From Spirochaetaceae bacterium (GTDB lineage: Bacteria; Spirochaetota; Spirochaetia; DSM-27196; PWMO01), in contig REDW01000115.1 of the NCBI GenBank assembly GCA_007693325.1, positions 61,057 to 125,056 of the forward strand: a stretch of DNA of 64,000 nt, written 5' to 3'. Position numbers and translations under genes: made by a program. Below the pieces are notes generated by a model, which was not told where the DNA came from, did no database searches, and worked only from the letters and a program-made list of their open reading frames with translations. Shown piece by piece: positions 19,004 to 28,519 of the stretch. The stretch's first letter is position 1, and every line of letters starts with the position of its first letter.

Positions 19004-20017
19004 GTGAACGCGATGTCAGGGCAACTGCACCGCCCACTGCTGCTGGTTGGCGTTGTACTCAGTCTGGCGGCGGCACCGGTTGCCGCCGGAGGATGGTTTC
19101 GATCCAACGCCGACGCCGAGGCGCTGGCGCCGATCGAGGCGGCCGCACGATCCGCTCACAGCTGGGTGCTGCACGTCGATCAGTCGCCGCACGAGACCGT
19201 GCGTCTGCTCTATCACAACGGCGCACTGGTATCGGAACAGCGGCTGGACCCCGACGGTGCGCTGATAGAGCGCTACGAGTACCGCTACCGTGACGGACGG
19301 CGCATAGAAGCGCGCGCTTTTCGCGCCGATGCGCCGGGCGGCGATGCCGGGCAACCGGTTTATAGCGATAGCTATAGCTACAGTAGCGACGGCATGCTGC
19401 GCGAGCTGCGCCGTCGTTACGTTGACAATAGCGAGCGTAGCTCGCGCTACGTCTTTGTTCGGGGGCGGCTGCTGGAGGAACAGCACCGAAGCGGTGAGAT
19501 GCTGCAGCGGCTGCGCTACGACAGCCTCGAGCGCGTGCAGCAACTGCAGCAGCTGCGCGACGACGAGCTCGTATCCAGCACCCGTTACTACTATCGCGGG
19601 GACAGCGCCCGGTTGGAGCAAACGGTTGAAGAGCAGCACGATCGAGATGGCGTCAGCGTCACCAGCGAGTACTTCGATGCCGAGCAGCGCAGTATACGCA
19701 GCGTGGTCAGCCGCGATGAGCGCACCGTCTCGGTCAGTGAGCGCAGCCACGGGCCGCACGGGCTGATCCGTGAGGTTGTCACCGAACCCGGGCGCCGCCG
19801 TGTCAGCAGCTTCGAGTATGACCAGGATGGCAGGTTGACGCAGCAGGAAGAGCGTGTGAATGAACGTCTGCAGAGCCGCATTATCTATCCGGAGCAGGGC
19901 CGGCGGATCGAGGAGCGATTCCACAATGGGCAGCTCATTGTACGGCTGCACTTTCGCAATGACGAGCAGACTGCAAGGGAGATTATTCGTGACGGCGAAG
20001 TCATTCGCAGCCGCTGA
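19004..20017 (+). CDS. Exported repeat protein with YD-repeat-like units
   Basis: Signal-like N-terminus (LLLVGVVLSLAAAPVAAG). Units such as YEYRYRDGRRIE, YSYSSDGMLRE and FEYDQDGRLTQQ recur and fit the Y.YD..GRL pattern. Confidence 0.55.
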   Translation: MNAMSGQLHRPLLLVGVVLSLAAAPVAAGGWFRSNADAEALAPIEAAARSAHSWVLHVDQSPHETVRLLYHNGALVSEQRLDPDGALIERYEYRYRDGRRIEARAFRADAPGGDAGQPVYSDSYSYSSDGMLRELRRRYVDNSERSSRYVFVRGRLLEEQHRSGEMLQRLRYDSLERVQQLQQLRDDELVSSTRYYYRGDSARLEQTVEEQHDRDGVSVTSEYFDAEQRSIRSVVSRDERTVSVSERSHGPHGLIREVVTEPGRRRVSSFEYDQDGRLTQQEERVNERLQSRIIYPEQGRRIEERFHNGQLIVRLHFRNDEQTAREIIRDGEVIRSR

Positions 20018-20038
20018 GGCGCTGCGCCGGGAGCTCCG

Positions 20039-21349
20039 ATGCGCGTAGATTGGATACTGTTTGTTGCCCGCAGGCACTTTCGAACCCGACGCCGCGAAAA
20101 AGGTCACGCAGCGGCGCTGCTATCGGTGACCGGACTCTCGGTGGGCGTCATGACGCTGGTTGCCGTGCTGGCGGTGATGAATGGCTTTCAGCTGAACACC
20201 ATCGAAAGCATATTGGAGGTCAATTCCTACCATCTGCGCCTGGAGCCCGGTCCTTCCGCGCAGATGCCGGCACAGTTGCGCGATCGACTCGCTGCTCTGC
20301 CGGGGGTCACCACCGTGCTGCCGTTTGTGGAGGTGCAGAGCCTGGGGCGCGGCGTGTTCGGCGAGCCGCAGGCGGTCATGCTGCGCGGCGTACCCTGGAA
20401 TGCAACCGAGCTGGACCCGGGTCTGGCCGAGCACCTGCAGCTGACCCGCGGCAGCTTTGACGTATCAGGGGTGGATTCTGTGGTTCTGGGCGCTGAACTC
20501 GCGCGCGCGCTGGGAGTCGGCGTGGGAGACCAGGTTAGCTTTCTGAGCCTTTCCGGCGGTGAGCTGGATATGCGCCGGCCGCGCGAGGCCGCGCTGCGGG
20601 TCACCGGACTATTCCGCACCGGCTTCCTGGATTACGATCGTGGCTGGGGATTCATTTCGCTTGACGCCGCGGCCGACGTATTCGAGGTCGATGACCGCCC
20701 GATTTGGGGAATCAAGCTCGGTGACCGATTTGCCGACCGGCGCGTTGGAGCGCAGGTTACCGCACTGGTAAACGAGTACGGCGTGGACGGCGAGGTCATC
20801 TCGTGGCGCGAATACAACCGTTCGATCTTTGGTGCGCTGCGGGTGGAGAAGCTGATGATGAGCTTTCTGATCGGACTTATCTTTGTGGTGGTGGGAGCCA
20901 ATATCTTTCAGGCGTTGCGGCGCAGCGTGCTGGAGCGCAGCGAAGAGATTGCGGTGCTGAAGGCGCTGGGCGCCCCACCGCACAGCGTCCAGCTGGTGTT
21001 CATTATCGAGGGGCTGATGATTGGACTCGGCGGCGGCTTGATTGGCATGGCCGCCGGACTGGCGCTCTCGGTAAACATCAACGAAGTATTTGCGTTTGCC
21101 GAGGTTGGCGTTAACGCAGTGGCGGATCTGCTGGCGATCATTCTGTGGCCGCTGGGTATTCATGTGGGCGCCGATTTCACGATTTTCTCGCCCACCTATT
21201 TCTATATCATGGAGGTACCGAGCCACGTGTTCTTCTGGGAGGCTGCCGGTATCTTTCTGTTTGCGCTTCTGTCGGCCGGCCTCGCGGCTCTGGCAGCATC
21301 AACACGCATCACGCGTATTCGCCCGGCGGAAGTGCTGCGCTACCAATAG
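20039..21349 (+). CDS. LolC/LolE-type (FtsX/MacB-fold) ABC transporter permease
   Basis: 436 aa with an N-terminal TM helix, a large periplasmic domain and a C-terminal FtsX-type 3-TM bundle (IAVLKALGAP...). Confidence 0.8.
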   Translation: MRVDWILFVARRHFRTRRREKGHAAALLSVTGLSVGVMTLVAVLAVMNGFQLNTIESILEVNSYHLRLEPGPSAQMPAQLRDRLAALPGVTTVLPFVEVQSLGRGVFGEPQAVMLRGVPWNATELDPGLAEHLQLTRGSFDVSGVDSVVLGAELARALGVGVGDQVSFLSLSGGELDMRRPREAALRVTGLFRTGFLDYDRGWGFISLDAAADVFEVDDRPIWGIKLGDRFADRRVGAQVTALVNEYGVDGEVISWREYNRSIFGALRVEKLMMSFLIGLIFVVVGANIFQALRRSVLERSEEIAVLKALGAPPHSVQLVFIIEGLMIGLGGGLIGMAAGLALSVNINEVFAFAEVGVNAVADLLAIILWPLGIHVGADFTIFSPTYFYIMEVPSHVFFWEAAGIFLFALLSAGLAALAASTRITRIRPAEVLRYQ

Positions 21350-21363
21350 TGACGGAGTAGACG

Positions 21364-22041
21364 ATGGCCGAGATCATACGTATCGAGCATGTCTCGAAGG
21401 TTTTTGTAACCGGGAGTGAACAGATATCGATTCTGGTCGATGTACAACTGTCGATTGAAGAAGGCACCGTGGTGGTCATAACCGGTGAGAGTGGCAGCGG
21501 CAAAAGTACGTTGCTGAATATAACAGGCGGGCTGGAATCCGCCAGCGGTGGGACGATTCGTGTTGCCGGCTATCGCGTGAACACCCTGGACGAGTTTGAG
21601 CTCTCTACCTACCGCGCGCATTCGCTGGGGCTGGTTTTCCAGTTTCACTACCTTCTAAAGGATTTCACCGCGCTGGAGAACGTCATGCTGCCGGCCTACA
21701 TGGCCGGTACCGCGCGCCGCGAGGCCCTGGAGCACGCTCGGGTGCTGCTGGCCGCGGTCGGGCTCGAGCATAGAGGCGAACACTACCCCAGCCAGCTGTC
21801 CGGCGGAGAGCGGCAGCGGGTTGCGGTAGCGCGTGCGCTGGTCAATGATCCTGACGTGGTGCTGGCGGATGAGCCCACCGGAAACCTGGATGAACGCAAT
21901 TCCGCGCTGGTACAGCAGATCCTTTTTGACGTGGTGCGCACGCGTGCCAAGACACTGCTGCTGGTGACCCACGATGCAACCCTCGCCGCCCACGCCGACC
22001 GCCACCTGGTACTGGCTCACGGGGTATTACAACCGCAATGA
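21364..22041 (+). CDS. lolD: LolD-type ABC transporter ATP-binding protein
   Basis: Walker A GESGSGKSTLLN, signature LSGGERQRVAVARAL and Walker B VVLADEPTGNLD. Confidence 0.85.
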   Translation: MAEIIRIEHVSKVFVTGSEQISILVDVQLSIEEGTVVVITGESGSGKSTLLNITGGLESASGGTIRVAGYRVNTLDEFELSTYRAHSLGLVFQFHYLLKDFTALENVMLPAYMAGTARREALEHARVLLAAVGLEHRGEHYPSQLSGGERQRVAVARALVNDPDVVLADEPTGNLDERNSALVQQILFDVVRTRAKTLLLVTHDATLAAHADRHLVLAHGVLQPQ

Positions 22042-23378
22042 CGATCAAGTCTTGCGTCTATCTGGCCGCCCGCATGCTCTTCGGGCGGCGCGAGGGTCAG
22101 CGCGGACGCATCCGTTCGGCGATCATCGCGGTGGGCCTGAGCCTGGTACCGCTGGTGGTGGTGCTGCAGGTCTCCGACGGGATGATCCAGGGGATTACCT
22201 CGCGCTTCATTGAGACCGGAACCTACCACCTGCAGGCTATCGGACGGGAGGATGTATCTTCACAGCAGTTGCAGGAACTGCAGCAGCGGCTTTCGCTGCT
22301 GCCCGGTGTTACTGCAACGATACCGGAACGTCAGGGAATCGGGTTGCTCTATTCGGACAGCGGCCGTACCGGTGCCACGGTACGCGCTGTGGCGCCGGAA
22401 ATCTGGCAGATCGACCCCGGTTTCCGAACCTATATGGAGGTGCAGGCCGGATCGTTTGATCTGCACGGCGAAAGCCCTATCGTGCTTGGGTCTCAGATTG
22501 CGCGCCGTTTGCAGGCCGCCCCCGGTGACGTGATCAGACTGCTGACCGTGCGGCCCGGGCCGGGAGGGGCATTCCTGCCGCGTGTCAGCAGTTTCACGGT
22601 CAGCGGGATTGTATCTACCGGTTATCAGGATCTCGATCGCTTGTGGGTCTATATTCCGCTGCAACGGGGGCTGCAGGTCCTTGCCCCCGGTACTGCGCGC
22701 CAGATCATCGGAATCAAGATCGATAACCCCTACGGTATTCAGAACCCGATCTTCTCACCGCGGCCGGATCCAGCCACTGCAGCGCTGGTGCGCTCGATCC
22801 GCGGCGAGCTTGACGCTTCGTGGCGTCTGTTCTCGTGGTACGATCTCGAACGCTCGCGCTACATGTCGTTTCTGACAACCAAGAACCTGCTGGTCTTCAT
22901 TATGGCGTTGATTGTCTGCGTGGCCGCGGTAAATATTTCTTCGGCGATGGTGATGCTGATCATCGAGAAGCGGCCCGAAATTGCGATCCTCAAGAGCGTG
23001 GGTGCAACACCAAACATGATTGCGCTGGTATTTGTGCTGTGCGGGTTCTTTGCCGGGGTTGTAGGCGCGCTGACCGGCACTGCGCTAGGGCTTCTGGCGT
23101 CGGTCAACGTCAACCAGATTCTCGCGGGGATTGAATGGCTGCTGAACCTCGTTGCAGAGGGTGGCGGCGCGCTGTTGGCGCCGTTTGGCGCCGTTGAGGT
23201 ACCACAGGTCAGCCTGTTCCATTCGGAGTACTACCTGGAGCAGCTTCCGGTGAGCATCAGCCTGGCGGAGCTGATTATTGCGGCGTCGCTGGCGATAGGC
23301 TTGTCCTCGCTGGCCGCGTGGATTCCGGCGCGCCGTGCGGCGGCAATCCGTCCAATCGACGTAATGCGCAAACACTGA
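22038..23378 (+). CDS. Second LolC/LolE-type ABC transporter permease
   Basis: 446 aa with the same architecture as 20039..21349 (IAILKSVGAT...). It overlaps lolD by 4 nt. Confidence 0.8.
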   Translation: MTIKSCVYLAARMLFGRREGQRGRIRSAIIAVGLSLVPLVVVLQVSDGMIQGITSRFIETGTYHLQAIGREDVSSQQLQELQQRLSLLPGVTATIPERQGIGLLYSDSGRTGATVRAVAPEIWQIDPGFRTYMEVQAGSFDLHGESPIVLGSQIARRLQAAPGDVIRLLTVRPGPGGAFLPRVSSFTVSGIVSTGYQDLDRLWVYIPLQRGLQVLAPGTARQIIGIKIDNPYGIQNPIFSPRPDPATAALVRSIRGELDASWRLFSWYDLERSRYMSFLTTKNLLVFIMALIVCVAAVNISSAMVMLIIEKRPEIAILKSVGATPNMIALVFVLCGFFAGVVGALTGTALGLLASVNVNQILAGIEWLLNLVAEGGGALLAPFGAVEVPQVSLFHSEYYLEQLPVSISLAELIIAASLAIGLSSLAAWIPARRAAAIRPIDVMRKH

Positions 23379-23407
23379 TTGTTGGTGCCGATAATCAGTG
23401 GTATATT
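23373..23407 (+). promoter_or_regulatory. 8-bp perfect inverted repeat (CACTGATT-12 nt-AATCAGTG) overlapping a candidate promoter TTGTTG-17 nt-TATATT
   Basis: Arms at 23373-23380 and 23393-23400. -35 at 23379-23384 and -10 at 23402-23407. A GAGGAG SD lies 8 nt before the mcsA GTG at 23447. Confidence 0.4.
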
Positions 23408-23446
23408 CTGCTTAAAGTGGTTTGAGGACCGCGAGGAGTTTTTCTG

Positions 23447-23944
23447 GTGCGATGCAGCTATTGTGGCAAGAATGAAGCCCCGTTTCGCGTTGAGCAGTCG
23501 GTTGGCCAGGAGCAGACGCTGCACTGGATGTGTGTCGATTGCGCGCAGGTGGCCGGCATCATGACCGAATTGCCGCCGCGGATGCCGAGTCCCGCGGACC
23601 TGTTCGAAGAGTTGCTGTTCGGCCAGGACGAGGATGGAGTGGTCGAAAAGCAGTGCCGGTCCTGTGGCACCAGTTATCGCGAGTTCCGTGCCAGTGGAAA
23701 ACTCGGCTGCCCGGAGTGCTACATCGAATTTCACCACGATATCGCCGAGATGGCCGGGCAGGCGGATGATCCACGCGCCTACGCCGGCTCGCTACCGGGG
23801 CGGGTAGAGCCGTACAAAACCTTCTACGTTGACCGGGAAGCGTTGCGCCAGCAGCTCAGCCACGCCCTCGAACAGGAACGCTACGAAGAGGCGGCGCACC
23901 TGCGTGACCGTATCCGTATTCTGGATGGGCAGGGAGAGCGCTGA
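23447..23944 (+). CDS. mcsA: McsA-like protein-arginine-kinase activator (zinc fingers plus UVR domain)
   Basis: CSYCGK...CVDCA and CRSCGTSYREFRASGKLGCPECY cysteine pairs, plus the C-terminal UVR motif LSHALEQERYEEAAHLRDRIRIL. Confidence 0.8.
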   Translation: MRCSYCGKNEAPFRVEQSVGQEQTLHWMCVDCAQVAGIMTELPPRMPSPADLFEELLFGQDEDGVVEKQCRSCGTSYREFRASGKLGCPECYIEFHHDIAEMAGQADDPRAYAGSLPGRVEPYKTFYVDREALRQQLSHALEQERYEEAAHLRDRIRILDGQGER

Positions 23945-23945
23945 A

Positions 23946-24989
23946 ATGATAAACGCGCACAAGCTTGACCTTGGGCGCGGGTGGTTTCGAGCCTCCGGCG
24001 CCGATGGCGACGTAGTCATATCGTCCCGTATGCGGCTCGGTCGTAACTTCGATGGCCACGTGTTCACCGATCTGCTGAACGATTCCGACCGTGAGGCGCT
24101 AGCGGGCCGGCTGCGCGCCGTTGTGCAGGGCCACAACGACACCTTCAGCCGGCTTCAGCTGGCGCACAACGATCGCGAGATTCTTCCTGTTCTTCTGGAA
24201 CGGGGACTGCTCAACAGCGGCGGCGGGTCGATAGACGAGGTTTTTGTTCGTGCTGATCAAGGCTGCGTGATTATCCCGTTTGACCGTGAACACCTGACCC
24301 TGGTCGGGGTGCGCAGCGGGCTGGACTTGCGCGGCATCCACGACGATCTCAGCCGGATGGCTGACCGGGTAGATCGCGACCTGCCGTTTGCAGTTTCGCT
24401 GCACTGGGGCTACGTGGCCGCCGATCCAATGCAGAGCGGCGCGCTGTTGCAGGCATCGGTGCTGCTGCATTTGCCGGCTCTGGTGGAGCTTGGTGACCCC
24501 AATGCGGCACTTCAAGCAGCAGAGCGGCGCGGCATTCGCCTGGGGCGCTTTCATTCGGCGCAGGCGAACTCGCTGGCCAACGTCTACCAGCTGAAGACCG
24601 GCGCGGTTGCGGGTGCCAGTGAAGAGCAGATTACGGTTCAGCTTGAAGAAACGGTACGCGGATTAGTACATTATGAACGGGAGGCACGCCTGCAGCTGCT
24701 GCAGAGCAGGCGGCAGGATACCGCTGAGTCGGTGGAGCGCGCGATTGGATTGTTGCGCTACACTCCTGCGATTGCTGCTGATGAAGCAATGGCGCTGCTT
24801 TCGTGGATCAGACTTGGCGTAGCGCTGGAATTGACCGAAGAGATTAGCATGGAAGAAGTGACGGCGTTGCTGTTTGTGAGTCAGCGTTGCCATCTGATGC
24901 ACGCGGTGTCGGCCTGCGGCACTCATACCGGCGATGAAGACGACCGGCGCGCGCAACTGTTGCGTCAGCGGCTGGCTGCAACCAGCTAG
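23946..24989 (+). CDS. mcsB: McsB-like protein arginine kinase (ATP:guanido phosphotransferase domain)
   Basis: The internal ATG 23946 lies 1 nt after the mcsA stop. The sequence VISSRMRLGRNFDGHVF... has a guanido-kinase-type fold. Position is between mcsA and clpC. Confidence 0.8.
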   Translation: MINAHKLDLGRGWFRASGADGDVVISSRMRLGRNFDGHVFTDLLNDSDREALAGRLRAVVQGHNDTFSRLQLAHNDREILPVLLERGLLNSGGGSIDEVFVRADQGCVIIPFDREHLTLVGVRSGLDLRGIHDDLSRMADRVDRDLPFAVSLHWGYVAADPMQSGALLQASVLLHLPALVELGDPNAALQAAERRGIRLGRFHSAQANSLANVYQLKTGAVAGASEEQITVQLEETVRGLVHYEREARLQLLQSRRQDTAESVERAIGLLRYTPAIAADEAMALLSWIRLGVALELTEEISMEEVTALLFVSQRCHLMHAVSACGTHTGDEDDRRAQLLRQRLAATS

Positions 24990-25003
24990 CTCGTGGAGGG
25001 GAT

Positions 25004-27529
25004 ATGTTCAAAGGACTTACACAACGCGCTCAGAAAGTGCTCACGATACTGGCCCAGGATGAGGCAAAACGGTTCCATTCCGACCAGCTGCTGCCGGAGC
25101 ACATCATCCTTGCCCTGTTGAAGGAGGGCGGAGGACTGGGCTACAAGGCGCTCGAAAAGGTAATGATCGATCCGGCCAAGATGCAACTCGAAATCGAGCG
25201 CCTGATTCCCAAGAAGCGCGGAGGGTTTATCCTGGGAGACGTTCCTCCCTCGCCGCGCGGCAAAAAGGTGCTCGAGGATTCCGCCGAAGAGGCACGCAAC
25301 CTGGGCCACGAGTATATCGGTACCGAGCATCTGTTGCTGGCCTGTATGCGCGAGAGCGGCGGTGAGACCGCCAAGTACCTGGCCAAGAACAGCGTCAGCA
25401 TCGAGATGATGCGCGACGTGATTGCCGAGCTCTCGGGGTCAACCGCAGGTGGATCAGCAACTACGCCGCGGCTGCCGCAGCAGAAGCGCAAGACCGGAGG
25501 ACAGGCAGGCGGGAGCGCCGCGGGCAGCAAGAAGGCAACGCCGACCCTCGATGAGTTTGCGCGTGACCTGACCATCATGGCCCGCGAAGACAAACTCGAC
25601 CCGGTGGTTGGCCGAGACCGTGAGATTGAGCGCGTGATCCAGATTCTGGCTCGCCGGACCAAGAACAATCCGGTACTGATTGGTGAACCCGGGGTCGGCA
25701 AGACCGCCATTGTTGAAGGTCTGGCGCAGCGGATTGTAGATGCGTCGGCCCCCGAGGTGCTGATCGGCAAGCGCGTACTGACGCTCGACCTCGCTTCGCT
25801 GATTGCCGGTACCAAGTACCGTGGCGAGTTCGAGGAGCGGCTCAAACGGGTCATGAAAGAGATAATCAATGCCGGGAACGTGGTGCTGTTCATCGATGAG
25901 CTGCATACCATCATAGGCGCCGGCGGCGCCGAAGGCGCGATCGACGCCTCCAATATGCTCAAGCCGGCACTTTCGCGCGGCGAGATCCAGTGTATCGGCG
26001 CTACAACGCTCAACGAATACAAGAAGTATATCGAGAAGGATGCCGCCCTCGAGCGTCGCTTTCAGACCATTTTTGTGGAGGAGCCTTCGGTGGCAGAGAC
26101 TATCGAGATCCTCAAGGGCATCAAGGAGCGCTACGAAGACCACCATAACGTTTCGTACACGCCCGGAGCGCTGGAGGTATCCGCGGTTCTGTCACGGCGC
26201 TACATTCAGGATCGGTTTCTGCCGGACAAGGCCATCGATCTGATGGATGAGGCCGGTTCGCGCAAGCGGATCCACAACAGCGTGCGCCCAACCGAGCTGG
26301 CTGAACTCGAGCGCGAGATAGAACAGCTCAACACTGAGAAGCTGGCGCTGGTGAACTCGCAGAACTATGAACGCGCCGCCGCGGTGCGCGACGAGGTGCG
26401 CACACTCAAGGGCAGAGTCGAGGAGCTCAAGAGCCAGTGGAAGATCACGCTCAAGACCGAGCAGAACGTGGTTGACTCGGAGGATATCCAGTACGTGCTG
26501 GCGTCGGTAACCGGGATTCCGTTGGCGCGAATTGCACAGAGCGAGCAGGAGAAGCTGCTGAAGATCGAGGATGATCTGCACAAGCAGGTCATCGGGCAGA
26601 ACGAGGCTATCGACGCGATCTCTTCGAGTATTCGCCGGTCTCGGACCGGTCTCAGTGCACCCGACCGGCCGATGGGTTCATTCATCTTCCTGGGTCCAAC
26701 CGGAGTCGGCAAGACGCTGCTGGCAAAGAGCCTGGCCGAGTTTCTGTTTGGCAGTGCCGATGCGCTGGTGCGCATTGATATGTCGGACTTCATGGAGAAG
26801 CACAATGTTTCGCGGCTGGTTGGGGCGCCTCCGGGCTACGTCGGCTACGATGAAGGCGGCCTTCTGACCGAGAAGATCCGGCGCAAGCCGTACAGCGTAG
26901 TACTGCTTGACGAAATTGAGAAGGCGCATCCCGACGTCTTCAATATTCTGCTGCAGGTACTCGAAGAAGGGCAACTGCAGGACAATCTCGGTCACACGGT
27001 GTCGTTTCGCAACTGTGTCATGATCATGACCTCGAATGCCGGGGCACGCGAGATCTCGCGGGACTCCCAGGTTGGTTTCCAGACCGAGAACGGCGGGCTG
27101 ATGGAGCACAAGGAGATCAAGTCTTCGGCTATGAACGAGCTCAAGCGGCTGTTCCGTCCCGAGTTCCTCAACCGGGTCGATGAGATCGTGGTCTTCCACA
27201 GTCTGACGCGGCCCGAGGTAGCGCAGATACTAGAGATACTGCTGGCAGACGTGCAGACGCGGCTGGCTGAGAAAGAGATCGTTCTCGAGGTAAAGAAGAG
27301 CGCCAAGCAGTACCTGATCGACCACGGGTACGACGTAAAATTTGGTGCGCGACCGATGCGCCGCATCATCCAGAAAGAGATCGAGGATCCGCTGTCAATG
27401 GAAATCCTCAGAGGGCGGTTTGGTGAGGGAAGTCACGTGATTGTCGGCGTTCGCGGCGGCAAGATCGCCTTCCGCGCCAAGGCCACCAAGCCGAGCGAGA
27501 AAGAGGAAGTTCCGGTTCCTACACCGTAG
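25004..27529 (+). CDS. clpC: ATP-dependent Clp protease ATP-binding subunit ClpC
   Basis: Double Clp-N repeat, two AAA+ modules (GEPGVGKTAIVEGLA; GPTGVGKTLLAKSLA) and a UVR-like middle domain. 841 aa. Confidence 0.95.
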   Translation: MFKGLTQRAQKVLTILAQDEAKRFHSDQLLPEHIILALLKEGGGLGYKALEKVMIDPAKMQLEIERLIPKKRGGFILGDVPPSPRGKKVLEDSAEEARNLGHEYIGTEHLLLACMRESGGETAKYLAKNSVSIEMMRDVIAELSGSTAGGSATTPRLPQQKRKTGGQAGGSAAGSKKATPTLDEFARDLTIMAREDKLDPVVGRDREIERVIQILARRTKNNPVLIGEPGVGKTAIVEGLAQRIVDASAPEVLIGKRVLTLDLASLIAGTKYRGEFEERLKRVMKEIINAGNVVLFIDELHTIIGAGGAEGAIDASNMLKPALSRGEIQCIGATTLNEYKKYIEKDAALERRFQTIFVEEPSVAETIEILKGIKERYEDHHNVSYTPGALEVSAVLSRRYIQDRFLPDKAIDLMDEAGSRKRIHNSVRPTELAELEREIEQLNTEKLALVNSQNYERAAAVRDEVRTLKGRVEELKSQWKITLKTEQNVVDSEDIQYVLASVTGIPLARIAQSEQEKLLKIEDDLHKQVIGQNEAIDAISSSIRRSRTGLSAPDRPMGSFIFLGPTGVGKTLLAKSLAEFLFGSADALVRIDMSDFMEKHNVSRLVGAPPGYVGYDEGGLLTEKIRRKPYSVVLLDEIEKAHPDVFNILLQVLEEGQLQDNLGHTVSFRNCVMIMTSNAGAREISRDSQVGFQTENGGLMEHKEIKSSAMNELKRLFRPEFLNRVDEIVVFHSLTRPEVAQILEILLADVQTRLAEKEIVLEVKKSAKQYLIDHGYDVKFGARPMRRIIQKEIEDPLSMEILRGRFGEGSHVIVGVRGGKIAFRAKATKPSEKEEVPVPTP

Positions 27530-27543
27530 CCGGCAGCAGGAGC

Positions 27544-28482
27544 TCAGCGCCGCGCGGCGCTGAGCGTGTCAAAGGCGTAGAGCATATTGGTAAGCGCGGT
27601 CAGTTCGGCGTCACTGATCGGCCGCTGGGCTACCGCGCCGATACCGCCGAGTTCCAGTGTGGGGTGCTCGGACTCTATTGCCACGCGTACCGCGGCCTCG
27701 ACAGCCGAGCTGTAGCCGAAGCGCACGCTTTCGAATCGGTGGCGGCTGTCCTGCAGTCGGCGGCTGCTACCGGCACTGATCGGCAGCGCAATTGATCCGC
27801 TGTCTCCGTTGATGGTCACGCGGCGGAATGCGAGCGGAGGTTCGCTGCGTGGGTAGCGCTCATTAACCACCATGAACAGCTCGGCCGGAAGGCCGCGTTG
27901 CATCTCGATCATCAAATAGAGCGCGCGCGGCGTGCTGCGGTTTACTACCGCATCATAATAGCGGCGCAGCCCGTTGACTTCCTCCACCACAATGCCGCTG
28001 TTAGCCAGCGGGGAGCGTGGCCCGGGAGGCGCCAGGTCGGCTGCCGAAACATCGGCTACCGCAATGAAGGCGCCGCCGGTGTCGCGCGGCAAAGGGCTGT
28101 CGCGCAGCTGGCTGCGGAAGAGCTGCAACTCCTCGGCCGCAACCATGGCCTGGTCGGGCAGCGGCCGGCCTTCGTCTAGTGCGGTTGCGAGGGTCTCTTC
28201 CAGCAGCTCACGCAGCCGTGTATTCTCGCGCCGCAGTTGCTGGTGCTCCTGTTCAAGGTCCAGGAACCGGCCGCGGTCAACGCGTTGCTGCAGCAGCCTG
28301 TCAACCTCGCGCGCAAGTCTCATTTGTTCGGTGGTGGTACTCTGCAGGCGCTCTGCAAGCTCGGCGTTTTCGCGCGCCAGCAGCTCATTCTGTTCTTCGA
28401 GGTTGCGGACCTGTTGTCCGGCACAGCCCGACAGCAGCATTATGACTGTAGCGGCGACAAATGCTGTTCCAAGATGACGCAT
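27544..28482 (-). CDS. Lipoprotein with coiled-coil region, unknown function
   Basis: I chose ATG 28482 because it gives MRHLGTAFVAATVIMLLSGC (lipobox LSGC). A heptad-like region QNELLARENAELAERLQ... follows. Confidence 0.6.
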   Translation of the reverse strand: MRHLGTAFVAATVIMLLSGCAGQQVRNLEEQNELLARENAELAERLQSTTTEQMRLAREVDRLLQQRVDRGRFLDLEQEHQQLRRENTRLRELLEETLATALDEGRPLPDQAMVAAEELQLFRSQLRDSPLPRDTGGAFIAVADVSAADLAPPGPRSPLANSGIVVEEVNGLRRYYDAVVNRSTPRALYLMIEMQRGLPAELFMVVNERYPRSEPPLAFRRVTINGDSGSIALPISAGSSRRLQDSRHRFESVRFGYSSAVEAAVRVAIESEHPTLELGGIGAVAQRPISDAELTALTNMLYAFDTLSAARR

Positions 28483-28519
28483 AATGCGATAGTATAATCC
28501 AAAGGCGTAGTTTGTAACA

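Noticed and set aside
23379-23446. CtsR operator (GGTCAAA direct repeat) or CIRCE element (TTAGCACTC-N9-GAGTGCTAA) upstream of mcsA.
   Set aside because: Neither consensus is present. Only the unrelated CACTGATT/AATCAGTG palindrome is seen.
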